This document shows, piece by piece, positions 7,951 to 17,135 of a DNA stretch of 41,628 nt. Within the stretch, counting starts at the first letter, position 1, and each line of letters opens with the position of its first letter. The position numbers and the translations under genes were made by a program. The notes beneath the pieces were generated by a model. The model was not told the DNA's origin. It saw only the letters and a list, made by a program, of their open reading frames with translations, and ran no database searches. The DNA comes from Pirellula sp. (GTDB lineage: Bacteria; Planctomycetota; Planctomycetia; Pirellulales; Pirellulaceae), in assembly GCA_031412875.1 (NCBI GenBank), contig JANODW010000308.1, positions 1 through 41,628 of the forward strand. Direction: 5' to 3'.

Positions 7951-8685
7951 TCAAACCAGTCGAATCGGAGTCGGGAATTCAAGTACAAATTTGGTACCGC
8001 GGCCTACTTCGCTTTGGACCGTGATTCGCCCGCCGTGGGCTTCGATGATTTTCCTTGCGGTGGGTAGCCCGAGTCCGGATCCTCCGTGCTTGGTGGAATA
8101 GAATGGCTCAAACATACGCATGGCGGTCGTTTCGTCCATGCCGCAGCCGGTATCAATCATGTCCATGGCCACGCCTCCGGGCACAGTATAGGTTTGCACT
8201 GAAAACTCTCCACCGTCGGGCATGGCTTCCAGTGCATTCTTCACCAAATTGAGCAAAGCCGCTTGCAAGGAATCGCTGTGCAGCTTGATGTTGGGCAGAT
8301 TGGGGTCGAGGTACTTTTCGAGTCGTATCAAGGATTTGTCCGCTTGTGCTTGATACAGGCGAAGTACGGTTTCTATTTGGTCGTTCAGAGAACCGGTGGT
8401 CATTTCCAAATCGCGCATCCGGGCGAATCGCAGAAAATCTCGAAGCAGGTTTTCCAACCGATTGCACTGTTGCCGAATCATGTCCACTTTTGCAATCGCC
8501 CGCCGTTGACCAGGCCACTGACTCTCTTCCATTTCTTCGCAGAGCAAGTCTGCGTTCATATGAATGACCGAGAGGGGATTCTTTATCTCATGCGCTAACG
8601 AGCCAGCCAGTTCAGCGAGCTCGTTGTATTGACGACGCATTTCGTCGATAGTCGCTTCATGGTCGTTTTCTCGAAACTCACCCAT
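7951..8685 (-). CDS. Cytoplasmic histidine kinase (HisKA + HATPase_c, no sensor domain)
   Basis: H-box LAHEIKNPL, N-box LLNLVKNALEAM, G1 DTGCGM, F-box FEPFYSTK and G2 GSGLGL. Start placed at the ATG at 8685. Confidence 0.93.
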   Translation of the reverse strand: MGEFRENDHEATIDEMRRQYNELAELAGSLAHEIKNPLSVIHMNADLLCEEMEESQWPGQRRAIAKVDMIRQQCNRLENLLRDFLRFARMRDLEMTTGSLNDQIETVLRLYQAQADKSLIRLEKYLDPNLPNIKLHSDSLQAALLNLVKNALEAMPDGGEFSVQTYTVPGGVAMDMIDTGCGMDETTAMRMFEPFYSTKHGGSGLGLPTARKIIEAHGGRITVQSEVGRGTKFVLEFPTPIRLV

Positions 8686-8860
8686 TTGGCATTCAGTTCT
8701 CGTCGGGATTTCCAAGGGGAGGCATAGGAATGGCTTAGACCGTGAATTGTACACGGCATTGCGAGTGGCAAAAATGCTTAATTCGATCCTCTTGAAAGCG
8801 AGAAAGGCTCGGTTCCATCACTTTTCGACCGGTACGATTCCATTTTGATTTGCCTATGCA

Positions 8861-8930
8861 ATTTATTGATCCTGAGGCGCTAGCCGAGCCTTGGCGCACG
8901 AAATCGGCTAGCGCCTCAGGCTCAGTAAAT
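8861..8930. repeat. Long intergenic palindrome (REP-like, GGCGCTAGCC type)
   Basis: Perfect 17-bp IR cctgaggcgctagccga (8871-8887) / tcggctagcgcctcagg (8904-8920), extendable to 8861-8930 with one mismatch and one G-T pair. Confidence 0.85.
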
Positions 8931-9062
8931 TCCCAGCCTATTCCAATCGTACTGATCGAAACTTTTTTGGCCCGTCGCATGCAACTCGATTCTTCCTCAA
9001 TTACAATCCGAAGGATCCTCTTGAATTTACGGCTCGATTTTCGCGTTGAAGAACCGCTTGAA

Positions 9063-12000
9063 ATGAAGAATACGGCTTTTAGTTGGAGCTTGGCAGCGGC
9101 GCTGAGTCTCTCTGTTTATGCTAATGTTTCCCTTGGGCAACAATCCTCTAGCACGAAACCCGAAGTGGGGATTTTGGATCACAAAAGCGAGTGGATCGCT
9201 ATCCAAAATGCAACGGTCGTTCCCGAACCCGGAGTGGTCATCGAGAAAGCGACCATCGTCATCAAAGGTGGAAAAGTCATTGAAATCGGTGCAAACGTCA
9301 CCCCACCTGCGCAAGCGTATCGAATCGACATGACGGGCAAAACCATTTATGCGGGCTTCGTCGATGCAGGAGTCGAACTTGAAGTTCCTGCATCGGATGC
9401 AACCAAAGGAAGCCCCCATTGGAATTCGGAGATCACGCCGGAACGGTCGATGGCCGAAACTTACGCAGCCAACGACGCAGTCATGGCCAAGCTTCGCAAA
9501 GCCGGCATCACTGCGGCACTGGTCGCACCTCGCGATGGCATCATCAAAGGCACCAGCGCCGTATTCTTAACCACCAATCAGCCTGCAGTCGACTCCTTGC
9601 TGAAGAGCGATGTCGCCATGCATGTCCGTTTGACGGTAGCGCGACGTGGACGCGATTCCTATCCGAGCAGTCCCATGGGCGCCGTGGCGCTCGCGCGACA
9701 AACCTTTTACGATGCACAGTGGCATTCCTACGCTTGGCAAACCTATCGATCGCAAGTGGGCATCGAAAAGCCTGAAGCAAACTCTGCGCTCGAAGCGTTG
9801 AGCCACCATATGTCTCAGGGCAAACTCATCATGTTCGATGCCCTCAACGAACAATATGCATTGCGCGCCGACGCATTTGGAAGAGAATTCGGATTGAATG
9901 TTCTCCTGCGAGGTTCCGGCCAAGAATATCAGTTGCTGGATCGAATCGCTAAGTTGAACCGAACGGTATTGGTTCCGCTGAATTTCCCAAAACCTCCGAA
10001 CGTCTCTACCGCCGAAGCGGCCCTCGATGCCGAACTCGAGGAACTAACGCATTGGGAACTCGCACCCGAAAACCCAGCTCGACTGGCTAAAGCTGGGGTC
10101 AAAATCGTCTTCACCGCGACCGGACTCACCGACCCAAGCGAGTTGGTTCCCCAGATCCGCAAAGCGATCGCGCGCGGGCTGGATAAGAAAGTTGCCATTC
10201 AAGCGATCACAACGGCACCCGCTCTGCTGCTGGGTATCGAACAAGAATGCGGATCCATCAAACCCGGCGTTTGGGCTAACCTCGTCGTCGCGAACGGAGA
10301 CCTTTGGGACGACAAAACGAAGATCGAAGAAGTATGGGTACGGGGCGAACGCCCATCCGCCGCTTACAAAGTAGATACCGCCGTCGATGGCAAGTGGCAA
10401 TTGACAATCACCCAACCAACCGCCGCGCTCGCCCCAACTATCGGAGCCCCAGCCATCGGAGCCGCCGCAAGCGACGATCGACCCAAGCAACTTTTCTTAG
10501 AGATCACCGACTCGACCAAGAAGATCTCCGGTAGTCTTTCGCTCTTGGAAACACCGGTAACCAAAGAGGCTGCCAAGTCCGAACCCGCAAAGTCCGAACC
10601 CGCCAAGGTTGCGGCACCCGCGCTGGATGCACCTGCTGCCGAGTCGCCTCAAACCCCCTCCGAAAAGCAACCTCCTGCAGCAAACACGAGCAAAGACGAT
10701 TCCAGCAAAGAAGAGCCCAAGAAATCCGACGCCAAGAAACCAGCCGAGGCAAAGGGGGTAGCCAAGCTAAAGAACCCCAAGTGGGAGGATCGCACTTTGA
10801 CTGCGACATTCCCAGCCAAGCCGTTGTCTGAAGGCCAAGCCGGTGTCGCCTTCCTTTCGTTGGCCCTTCTCCCGCCGGCATCCGCGGATCCGGACCAAAC
10901 GGTCGAATCTCTGGTCGGGACCATCCGATGGGCCGATGGACAAACGCAGCTTGTGTCTGCCGTTCGCAAGGCTTCGCCAACCGGCGACACCAACAAAGAT
11001 GCCGGCAAAGAAGACAAGAAAGAAGACAAGAAAGCCACCAAGGAGGTTCTCTCACCGGTTCAATACCCGCCCGGCGTTCAAGGCAGGAATGGACTGCCTG
11101 AGCAGCCGGAATATGTCGTGTTCCAGAATACGACGATTTGGACCAGTGGGCCGGAAGGAATTCTCAAAGACTCCGACTTGATCGTCCACAAAGGTTTGGT
11201 CTCCAAGATGGGTAAAGACTTGCCGGTACCCGCAGGGGCGACGGTGATCGATGCATCCAAATGGCAACTTAGCCCTGGATTGATCGATTGCCATTCGCAT
11301 ATGGCGACCGACAGCGGCATCAATGAATCCTCGCAAGCGGTGACTGCGGAAGTGCGGATCGGGGATTTTGTGGATGCAGGCGATATCACCATCTATCGGC
11401 AACTTGCGGGCGGATTGACGACAGCCAATGTGCTTCATGGATCCGCAAACCCGATCGGTGGTCAGAACCAGGTAATCAAGCTTCGGTGGGGCGGTATCTA
11501 CGACGATTTGAAATTCGAAGAGGCACCTGCGGGAATCAAGTTTGCGCTCGGCGAAAACGTCAAGCAAAGCAATTGGGAAGGTCCCAAGACGCGCTACCCG
11601 CAATCGCGAATGGGAGTCGAACAACTGATTCGAGATCGATTCAATTCGGCCCGAGCATACGACGCTTCTTGGAAAGATTGGAACAAAAGTCGCAACGGGT
11701 TGCCTCCCCGTCGCGACCTCGAACTCGATGCGATCGCGGAGATCCTTCGCGGTGAGAGATGGGTCCATTGCCATAGCTACCGGCAAGACGAAATACTCGG
11801 TCTCCTGAGACTGCTGGAAGAGAACAAGGTGACGATCGGTTCCTTGCAGCACATTTTGGAAGGCTACAAAGTTGCGGATGCGATTGCCAAGCACGGAGGG
11901 ACTGCGTCGACGTTTTCGGATTGGTGGGCGTTCAAATTGGAGGTCTACGATGCGATCCCTTACAACGGTGCATTGCTTCATAACCAAGGCGTGAATGTTT

Positions 12001-12491
12001 CGTTCAATTCCGATGATGCAGAACTCGGCAGGCACATGAATCATGAGGCCGCCAAAGCGATCAAGTACGGTGGGGTCGAACCGATGGAGGCGCTCAAATT
12101 CGTGACGCTCAATCCGGCCAAACAACTCCGGATCGATGCCAAAGTAGGATCGCTCGAGATTGGAAAGCACGCTGACATTGCCGTTTGGAATGGTTCGCCG
12201 TTATCGACGTTGGCTCGCTGCGAACAAACATGGATCGACGGGCGCAAATATTTCGATCGCGGCTTGGATTTGGAAACTCAAAAGCGCGACGCGATGCTTC
12301 ACCAATCCTTGGTGCAAAAAATTCTCGACAGCGGAGAAGCGGCAGGCGAGAAGAGTTCGCTGGCTGACGACCCATCGCGCTTGTGGCCAAACCATGACGA
12401 ATTCTGCCATCATCATCACGATGAGTCCGATCAAAGCGAACATGAACACGAACACGAGAGTGAAAGTGCAAGTGCAAGTGCGATGAAGTAG
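9063..12491 (+). CDS. Secreted double-domain amidohydrolase family protein with His-rich tail
   Basis: Signal-peptide-like MKNTAFSWSLAAALSLSVYANVSLG. Two amidohydrolase modules are separated by a Pro/Ala/Lys/Glu-rich linker. The second has PGLIDCHSH, HCHSY, QHILE, NSDD and TLNPAKQL...GSLEIGKHAD. Confidence 0.9.
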   Translation: MKNTAFSWSLAAALSLSVYANVSLGQQSSSTKPEVGILDHKSEWIAIQNATVVPEPGVVIEKATIVIKGGKVIEIGANVTPPAQAYRIDMTGKTIYAGFVDAGVELEVPASDATKGSPHWNSEITPERSMAETYAANDAVMAKLRKAGITAALVAPRDGIIKGTSAVFLTTNQPAVDSLLKSDVAMHVRLTVARRGRDSYPSSPMGAVALARQTFYDAQWHSYAWQTYRSQVGIEKPEANSALEALSHHMSQGKLIMFDALNEQYALRADAFGREFGLNVLLRGSGQEYQLLDRIAKLNRTVLVPLNFPKPPNVSTAEAALDAELEELTHWELAPENPARLAKAGVKIVFTATGLTDPSELVPQIRKAIARGLDKKVAIQAITTAPALLLGIEQECGSIKPGVWANLVVANGDLWDDKTKIEEVWVRGERPSAAYKVDTAVDGKWQLTITQPTAALAPTIGAPAIGAAASDDRPKQLFLEITDSTKKISGSLSLLETPVTKEAAKSEPAKSEPAKVAAPALDAPAAESPQTPSEKQPPAANTSKDDSSKEEPKKSDAKKPAEAKGVAKLKNPKWEDRTLTATFPAKPLSEGQAGVAFLSLALLPPASADPDQTVESLVGTIRWADGQTQLVSAVRKASPTGDTNKDAGKEDKKEDKKATKEVLSPVQYPPGVQGRNGLPEQPEYVVFQNTTIWTSGPEGILKDSDLIVHKGLVSKMGKDLPVPAGATVIDASKWQLSPGLIDCHSHMATDSGINESSQAVTAEVRIGDFVDAGDITIYRQLAGGLTTANVLHGSANPIGGQNQVIKLRWGGIYDDLKFEEAPAGIKFALGENVKQSNWEGPKTRYPQSRMGVEQLIRDRFNSARAYDASWKDWNKSRNGLPPRRDLELDAIAEILRGERWVHCHSYRQDEILGLLRLLEENKVTIGSLQHILEGYKVADAIAKHGGTASTFSDWWAFKLEVYDAIPYNGALLHNQGVNVSFNSDDAELGRHMNHEAAKAIKYGGVEPMEALKFVTLNPAKQLRIDAKVGSLEIGKHADIAVWNGSPLSTLARCEQTWIDGRKYFDRGLDLETQKRDAMLHQSLVQKILDSGEAAGEKSSLADDPSRLWPNHDEFCHHHHDESDQSEHEHEHESESASASAMK

Positions 12492-12588
12492 TCGAATGGT
12501 TTTGCACCCTTCGTCGCTCTCGTACGATTCCTCCTTGAAACAACAATCAAACACATCCATTAGAGATACCGTTTAAAGAAATCTATCC

Positions 12589-13962
12589 ATGATCCAAGCA
12601 ACGATACGGACACTTCGGGCACGGCTTTCCGCCGGCCTTCGATTCACTGGCCTTCGATTCATTGGCCATCTTTCCAGCAGCCTCCTAATTGCCGGCTTCC
12701 TTTCTTTGAATGCAAGCGCCTCGGACCAGATCCCAGGTGCTCCGCAAAAGAAACCGATTTTCATTCGCAACGCGACAGTCCATACCGTTTCCGGCGAGAC
12801 CATTCAAAACGGATGTGTTCTGTTCAAAGAGGGCAAGATCACGGAAGTCGGAGTCGGTTTGACCGCGCCTGCAGATTCGGATGTCATCGAAGGAAAAGGG
12901 CAACATGTTTATCCTGGTTTGATGGACTCCTACTCCAGCATAGGACTTGTCGAGATCGATTCGATTCGAGCTTCGATCGACTCCACTGAAATCGGCAGCC
13001 TCAATCCGAACGTTCGCGCAGCGGTCGCATTCAATCCCGACAGCGAAGCTATCCCGGTAGCGCGTGCCAACGGCGTGCTAGCGTCGGTGGTTGCTCCCAA
13101 CGGCGGGCTGATTTCAGGACGCGCTGCGGTGATGGTCCTCGATGGATGGACATGGGAAGGGATGACGCTGATGCCGGATGCCGCCATGGCTGCCACTTGG
13201 CCCCGTTTTGGGGCTGCACCTCGCGGCCGACGTAGTGGAGACGCGGAAGCGGGAGGTGGCTCGGATAGCGATAGGCTTGCAGCCATGCACGGTTTGATCC
13301 GAGAGGTTAAATCCTATGCGGTGGCAAGGACCGCTGCCCCCAACGAACAGCCTATCGATCTTCGGTTGGATGCGATGGTCCCGGTCGTCGAGGGAAAAAC
13401 ACCGATGCTCGTGCAAGCGAACTCGACAAAACAAATCCAAACGGCCATTGCATTTGCCAAACAGTACCGATTGAAATTGATACTGATGGGAGCGGCAGAC
13501 GCGATGCAATGCGCCAATCTGATCAAAGAGGCCAAAGTGCCGGTCGTGGTCGCAGGGGTCTATCGATTGCCAACTCGCCGCGATGCTCCTTACGATTCCG
13601 CATACACGCTTCCCGCACAACTCCAGGAAGCAGGCATTCAGTACTCGATCGCAAGCGATGGACGCTTTGGTGCCTCGGGTGTTCGCAATCTGCCCTACCA
13701 TGCCGCGACGGCTTCCGCGTACGGTTTAACGGAGGAACAAGCCGTACGATCCATTACGTTGTCGCCTGCCGAAATCTTCGGCGTTTCAGATCGTATCGGC
13801 TCGATATCGGTCGGAAAAGACGCTACACTTTTCCTCGCAGATGGGAACATACTGGAGACGCCAACCCAAGTGACCAAGGCGTATATCCAAGGACGGCTCG
13901 TCGATTTGACTAGCAAGCATACGCAGTTAAACGATAAATACCAAGCGAAGTACAAGCAATAG
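12589..13962 (+). CDS. Secreted amidohydrolase family protein (HxH metal motif absent)
   Basis: IRNATVHTVSG, VYPGLMDSYS, ARANGV and ITLSPAEIFGVSDRIGSISVGKDATL, with a hydrophobic signal region. The exact start is uncertain. Confidence 0.88.
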   Translation: MIQATIRTLRARLSAGLRFTGLRFIGHLSSSLLIAGFLSLNASASDQIPGAPQKKPIFIRNATVHTVSGETIQNGCVLFKEGKITEVGVGLTAPADSDVIEGKGQHVYPGLMDSYSSIGLVEIDSIRASIDSTEIGSLNPNVRAAVAFNPDSEAIPVARANGVLASVVAPNGGLISGRAAVMVLDGWTWEGMTLMPDAAMAATWPRFGAAPRGRRSGDAEAGGGSDSDRLAAMHGLIREVKSYAVARTAAPNEQPIDLRLDAMVPVVEGKTPMLVQANSTKQIQTAIAFAKQYRLKLILMGAADAMQCANLIKEAKVPVVVAGVYRLPTRRDAPYDSAYTLPAQLQEAGIQYSIASDGRFGASGVRNLPYHAATASAYGLTEEQAVRSITLSPAEIFGVSDRIGSISVGKDATLFLADGNILETPTQVTKAYIQGRLVDLTSKHTQLNDKYQAKYKQ

Positions 13963-14086
13963 GGCGAGCGGAGAGGTGAAACATACCAGCCGTAGTTTGG
14001 GACCATTGTCCCGAAATAACAAACGGACGGGACAATGGTCCAGAACGAACAAACGGACGGGACAATGGTCCCATCCTACGGGGTAA
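13959..14086. mobile_element. REPIN/MITE-like palindromic element, copy B (inverted relative to copy A, with an internal 30-bp duplication)
   Basis: atagggcgagcgg...tgaaacataccagccgtagtttgggaccattgtccc...gggacaatggtcccatcctacg. The segment aacaaacggacgggacaatggtcc is repeated at 14018-14041 and 14048-14071. Confidence 0.75.
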
Positions 14087-14115
14087 GCAGCGGCTTGCGA
14101 TTTGAACCAAGGACT

Positions 14116-14814
14116 ATGAGCTCGATTTCAAAACCTGCGATTGTACTTTTGAGCGGCGGATTGGACTCGGCCACTTGTTTGGCGATTTGCAAACAGCAAG
14201 GCTTTGTCCCTTATGCGATCAGTTTCCGCTATGGGCAACGACACGCCATCGAGCTTGCACAAGCATCCAAAATTGCAACGGCTGCAGGCGTAGCAAAGCA
14301 CGTGGTCATCAATATCGATTTGGGAGCGATCGGCGGCAGTGCGTTGACCGATATCAGCCTCGCGGTTCCCAAACACGAACTTGCTTCGGAGATCGGTACC
14401 GAGATCCCTCTTACCTACGTTCCCGCCAGAAATACGGTTTTTCTTTCGTATGCTTTAGGGTGGGCAGAGGTTCTCGGAGCGTTAGACATATTCATTGGAG
14501 TGAACGCGTTGGACTACAGCGGCTACCCCGACTGCCGTCCGGAGTTTATTCAATCCTTTGAAACGATGGCAAATTTAGCAACCAAGGCTGGTGTAGAAGG
14601 AGGGCAGCTAAAAATCCATACCCCCCTCATCGACTTGACCAAAGCCGAAATTATCCGATTGGGAATGGCGTTGGGCGTCGACTATTCGCAAACTTTCTCA
14701 TGCTACGACCCTAGCGAACAAGGGCACGCGTGTGGGCACTGCGACTCCTGTTTGCTGCGGCTGAGGGGGTTCGAACAAAACGGAATGACCGACCCTGCAC
14801 TGCAAAAAATCTGA
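14116..14814 (+). CDS. queC: 7-cyano-7-deazaguanine synthase
   Basis: [30 protein letters not shown] and CY...CGHCDSC zinc motif. AAGGA RBS precedes the ATG at 14116. Confidence 0.97.
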   Translation: MSSISKPAIVLLSGGLDSATCLAICKQQGFVPYAISFRYGQRHAIELAQASKIATAAGVAKHVVINIDLGAIGGSALTDISLAVPKHELASEIGTEIPLTYVPARNTVFLSYALGWAEVLGALDIFIGVNALDYSGYPDCRPEFIQSFETMANLATKAGVEGGQLKIHTPLIDLTKAEIIRLGMALGVDYSQTFSCYDPSEQGHACGHCDSCLLRLRGFEQNGMTDPALQKI

Positions 14815-14955
14815 GAGCTCGGTCGCCGTATTATCACACTCTCTTATTGACGCGGGCATAGGGTCTTTAAACGTTTTCACAGCCAATCAAAATCCAAGAA
14901 ATGAGCAGGGGCGACGAATCACTCTTTGTCCACCTTCCGTTTTGAGAGGAAAAAA

Positions 14956-15219
14956 ATGCGAAAACAAATTGTGATTGGCTTGTTGTTGCTCGTTGCAGGA
15001 TGCCAACCTGGGTCCAGTTGGAATTGGAGCGGCGCCCCCGAGCAAACGGACAAGAAACATCGATCCATGCCGGGTCCGTTCATTGAGACGAACGATACCA
15101 TCGACACTGTCGAGACCGGCGAAACCGGCGAGATCACCGTGCCCACAGCGCCCACCGAGAGGTCGCAAAGTTCATCCCAAGCAAGTGAAACGTTGGAATC
15201 GGTGCGGGAATCCAGCTAG
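14956..15219 (+). CDS. Small lipoprotein (87 aa), unknown function
   Basis: GAGAGG RBS; signal peptide MRKQIVIGLLLLVAG-C with a lipobox; low-complexity T/E/S-rich mature region. Confidence 0.7.
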   Translation: MRKQIVIGLLLLVAGCQPGSSWNWSGAPEQTDKKHRSMPGPFIETNDTIDTVETGETGEITVPTAPTERSQSSSQASETLESVRESS

Positions 15220-15248
15220 TCGGTTTGGAATGACCCGAATAGGGTTCT

Positions 15249-15956
15249 TTAAAAAAATGGGTTATCGCGAGTGCGTTGAGGGACTTTAAGAAAAGATTCG
15301 GCGATCTTGAGGTCCTCTTTGGTGGTGATTTTGATGTTCGTTTCCGGACCTTCGACACATACCACCGACACACCGCTTTGTTCGACGACTTGGGAGTCGT
15401 CGGTCGGTTTCCCTTTCGTCTTTGCGTAAGCCGTCCTCAGAACGGACGCAAGAAAGATTTGGGGCGTCTGCGCTTGCCATAATCCCTCGCGAGGTACCGT
15501 CTCGGAGATCTGATCCTTGTTGTTGCAACGTTTGACGGTCGCTCGAATCGGCGAAGCGAGGATCGCGGCGCCGGTGCGGTCTGCTGCTGCGATCACTGCG
15601 TCCAAGGACTGTTTGGTCAAACACGGTCTGGCCGCATCATGGACTCCGATGAGTTTGATCTCCGGCCGGACTTTTTCAAGCGCGTTTCGAATGCTATGGA
15701 ACCGTTCCTCACCACCCAAGACGATTTCGACGCCGAGCATGGACAAGTTGCCTGAGTATTTTTCCTGGACCAATTCTTTGTCTTCAGGTGAAATCGCCAT
15801 AATGATTTGCGCGATACGAGGGTGTTCCGCAAACAACTGAGCGCTGTGCTGCCACACAGGTTTTCCGGAGGCGAGGGTGAACACCTTTTTGAAAAAAGGG
15901 TCCTTGAATCGACTGCTTTTTCCTGCAGCAGCCAAGATGATAGCGATATCTTTCAT
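15249..15956 (-). CDS. ispD: 2-C-methyl-D-erythritol 4-phosphate cytidylyltransferase
   Basis: AAGKSSRF, GGEERFHS, VHDAARP, QTPQIF, TDD and NIKITTKEDL. ATGA overlap with the upstream ABC ATPase gene. Confidence 0.96.
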   Translation of the reverse strand: MKDIAIILAAAGKSSRFKDPFFKKVFTLASGKPVWQHSAQLFAEHPRIAQIIMAISPEDKELVQEKYSGNLSMLGVEIVLGGEERFHSIRNALEKVRPEIKLIGVHDAARPCLTKQSLDAVIAAADRTGAAILASPIRATVKRCNNKDQISETVPREGLWQAQTPQIFLASVLRTAYAKTKGKPTDDSQVVEQSGVSVVCVEGPETNIKITTKEDLKIAESFLKVPQRTRDNPFF

Positions 15957-16699
15957 AACATCTCTTGGGAATTTTTGAGGGCCATGGCAGCCGCTTCGTG
16001 GTCTAGTGTGTCCGCGATAATTTTTCCATCGCGTAGGACGATATTGCGACGGGCATTTCTTGCAACCGACACGTCGTGCGTAACCAAAATGACGGTCAAG
16101 TTCCTTTCCTCGTTGAGCTTTCTAAACATCTCGATCACTTCACGGCTCGTTCTGGAATCCAGATTCCCAGTAGGCTCATCCCCCATCAAGATCGAGGGCG
16201 CGGTGGCTAAAGCCCGTGCAATGGCGACCCGCTGCTGCTGCCCACCTGAGAGTTGGCCGGGGTGATGGTCCAAACGATCCGAGAGACCCACCAATGCGAG
16301 CAATTCTTTGGCCCGATCGCGACGCTGTTTGGCGGAAACCATAGCACCGTACATCAAGGGCAATTCAACATTTTCCAGAGCCGACGTACGCGCGAGCAAA
16401 TTGAAGTTTTGAAAAACAAATCCGATATGTTCATTGCGAATCCGAGCGCGCTGGTCGCGAGTCATATGAACGACTTCTTGGCCGCTCAACCGATAGCTTC
16501 CTTTGGTGGGCCGGTCTAAACATCCCAAGGTGTTCATGAGCGTTGATTTCCCCGAACCGCTTGGACCGATCAACGCCGCGTATTCGCCGCGTTCCATCAC
16601 CAAATCGATACCGTCCAGCGCTCGCACTTCTACTTCGTCAAGCTGGTAGACTTTGGAGACATCTTGGATCTGAATGAGAGGAGTCGCAGTAGGATTCAT
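15953..16699 (-). CDS. ABC transporter ATP-binding protein (LolD/MacB-like)
   Basis: Walker A GPSGSGKST, IGFVFQNFNLL, LSGGQQQRVAIARAL, DEPTGNLD and VTHD. Confidence 0.95.
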   Translation of the reverse strand: MNPTATPLIQIQDVSKVYQLDEVEVRALDGIDLVMERGEYAALIGPSGSGKSTLMNTLGCLDRPTKGSYRLSGQEVVHMTRDQRARIRNEHIGFVFQNFNLLARTSALENVELPLMYGAMVSAKQRRDRAKELLALVGLSDRLDHHPGQLSGGQQQRVAIARALATAPSILMGDEPTGNLDSRTSREVIEMFRKLNEERNLTVILVTHDVSVARNARRNIVLRDGKIIADTLDHEAAAMALKNSQEML

Positions 16700-16708
16700 G
16701 GGGTAAGT

Positions 16709-17056
16709 TTAAATCGCTTCTGGGCCGCGTTCGCCGGTTCGGATTCGAATGCAGTCGTCCATGGGCAACACAAAGATCTTTCCGTCACCGATTTGTCCTT
16801 TATCGCCTGTCTTGGCCCCTTTGAGAATGGCGGCAATCGTCGGCTCCACGAACTCGTCGTTGACGGCAATCTGAAGCTGCACTTTCCGGAGCAGGTTCAC
16901 CGACACATCATGCCCGCGAAAAGCCGTCTTCTGCCCTTTTTGTCTGCCAAAACCAAGGCAGTCCAAAACCGTCAAGCGAAAGACCTCGACCTCTGTCAAC
17001 GCTTCCTTCACTTCCTCCAATCGGCTTGGCTGCACGATGGCTATTATCAACTTCAC
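16709..17056 (-). CDS. glnB: P-II family nitrogen regulator
   Basis: MKLIIAIVQP, GFGRQKG and GQIGDGKIFVLP...IRIRTGERG. glnB versus glnK cannot be resolved; no amtB is adjacent. Confidence 0.92.
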   Translation of the reverse strand: MKLIIAIVQPSRLEEVKEALTEVEVFRLTVLDCLGFGRQKGQKTAFRGHDVSVNLLRKVQLQIAVNDEFVEPTIAAILKGAKTGDKGQIGDGKIFVLPMDDCIRIRTGERGPEAI

Positions 17057-17135
17057 GGTGATTCCTGACGTATTTTTGGCGACCGGATGTCGGCGAATTC
17101 AAAATCAGATGGACTCAGCCGACAAAAGGGCTGCA

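Noticed and set aside
7258-8685. Idea that the neighbouring GHKL-fold kinase supplies the ATPase missing from the TOPRIM protein
   Set aside because: It has a canonical HisKA H-box and kinase N/G/F boxes, lacks GyrB ATPase and transducer motifs, and is on the opposite strand.
8850-9062. ORF-track start of the large amidohydrolase (also the extended starts at 14035, 31804 and 40276)
   Set aside because: These extensions run through hairpins or neighbouring genes; downstream ATGs give proper signal peptides or RBS.
13963-14115. preQ1 riboswitch upstream of queC
   Set aside because: No preQ1-I stem with A-rich tail is visible; the region is explained by the dispersed repeat that also occurs at 2897-3012.
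14847-14875. Sigma70 promoter (TTGACG) for the small lipoprotein
   Set aside because: No convincing -10 hexamer at 16-18 nt spacing.
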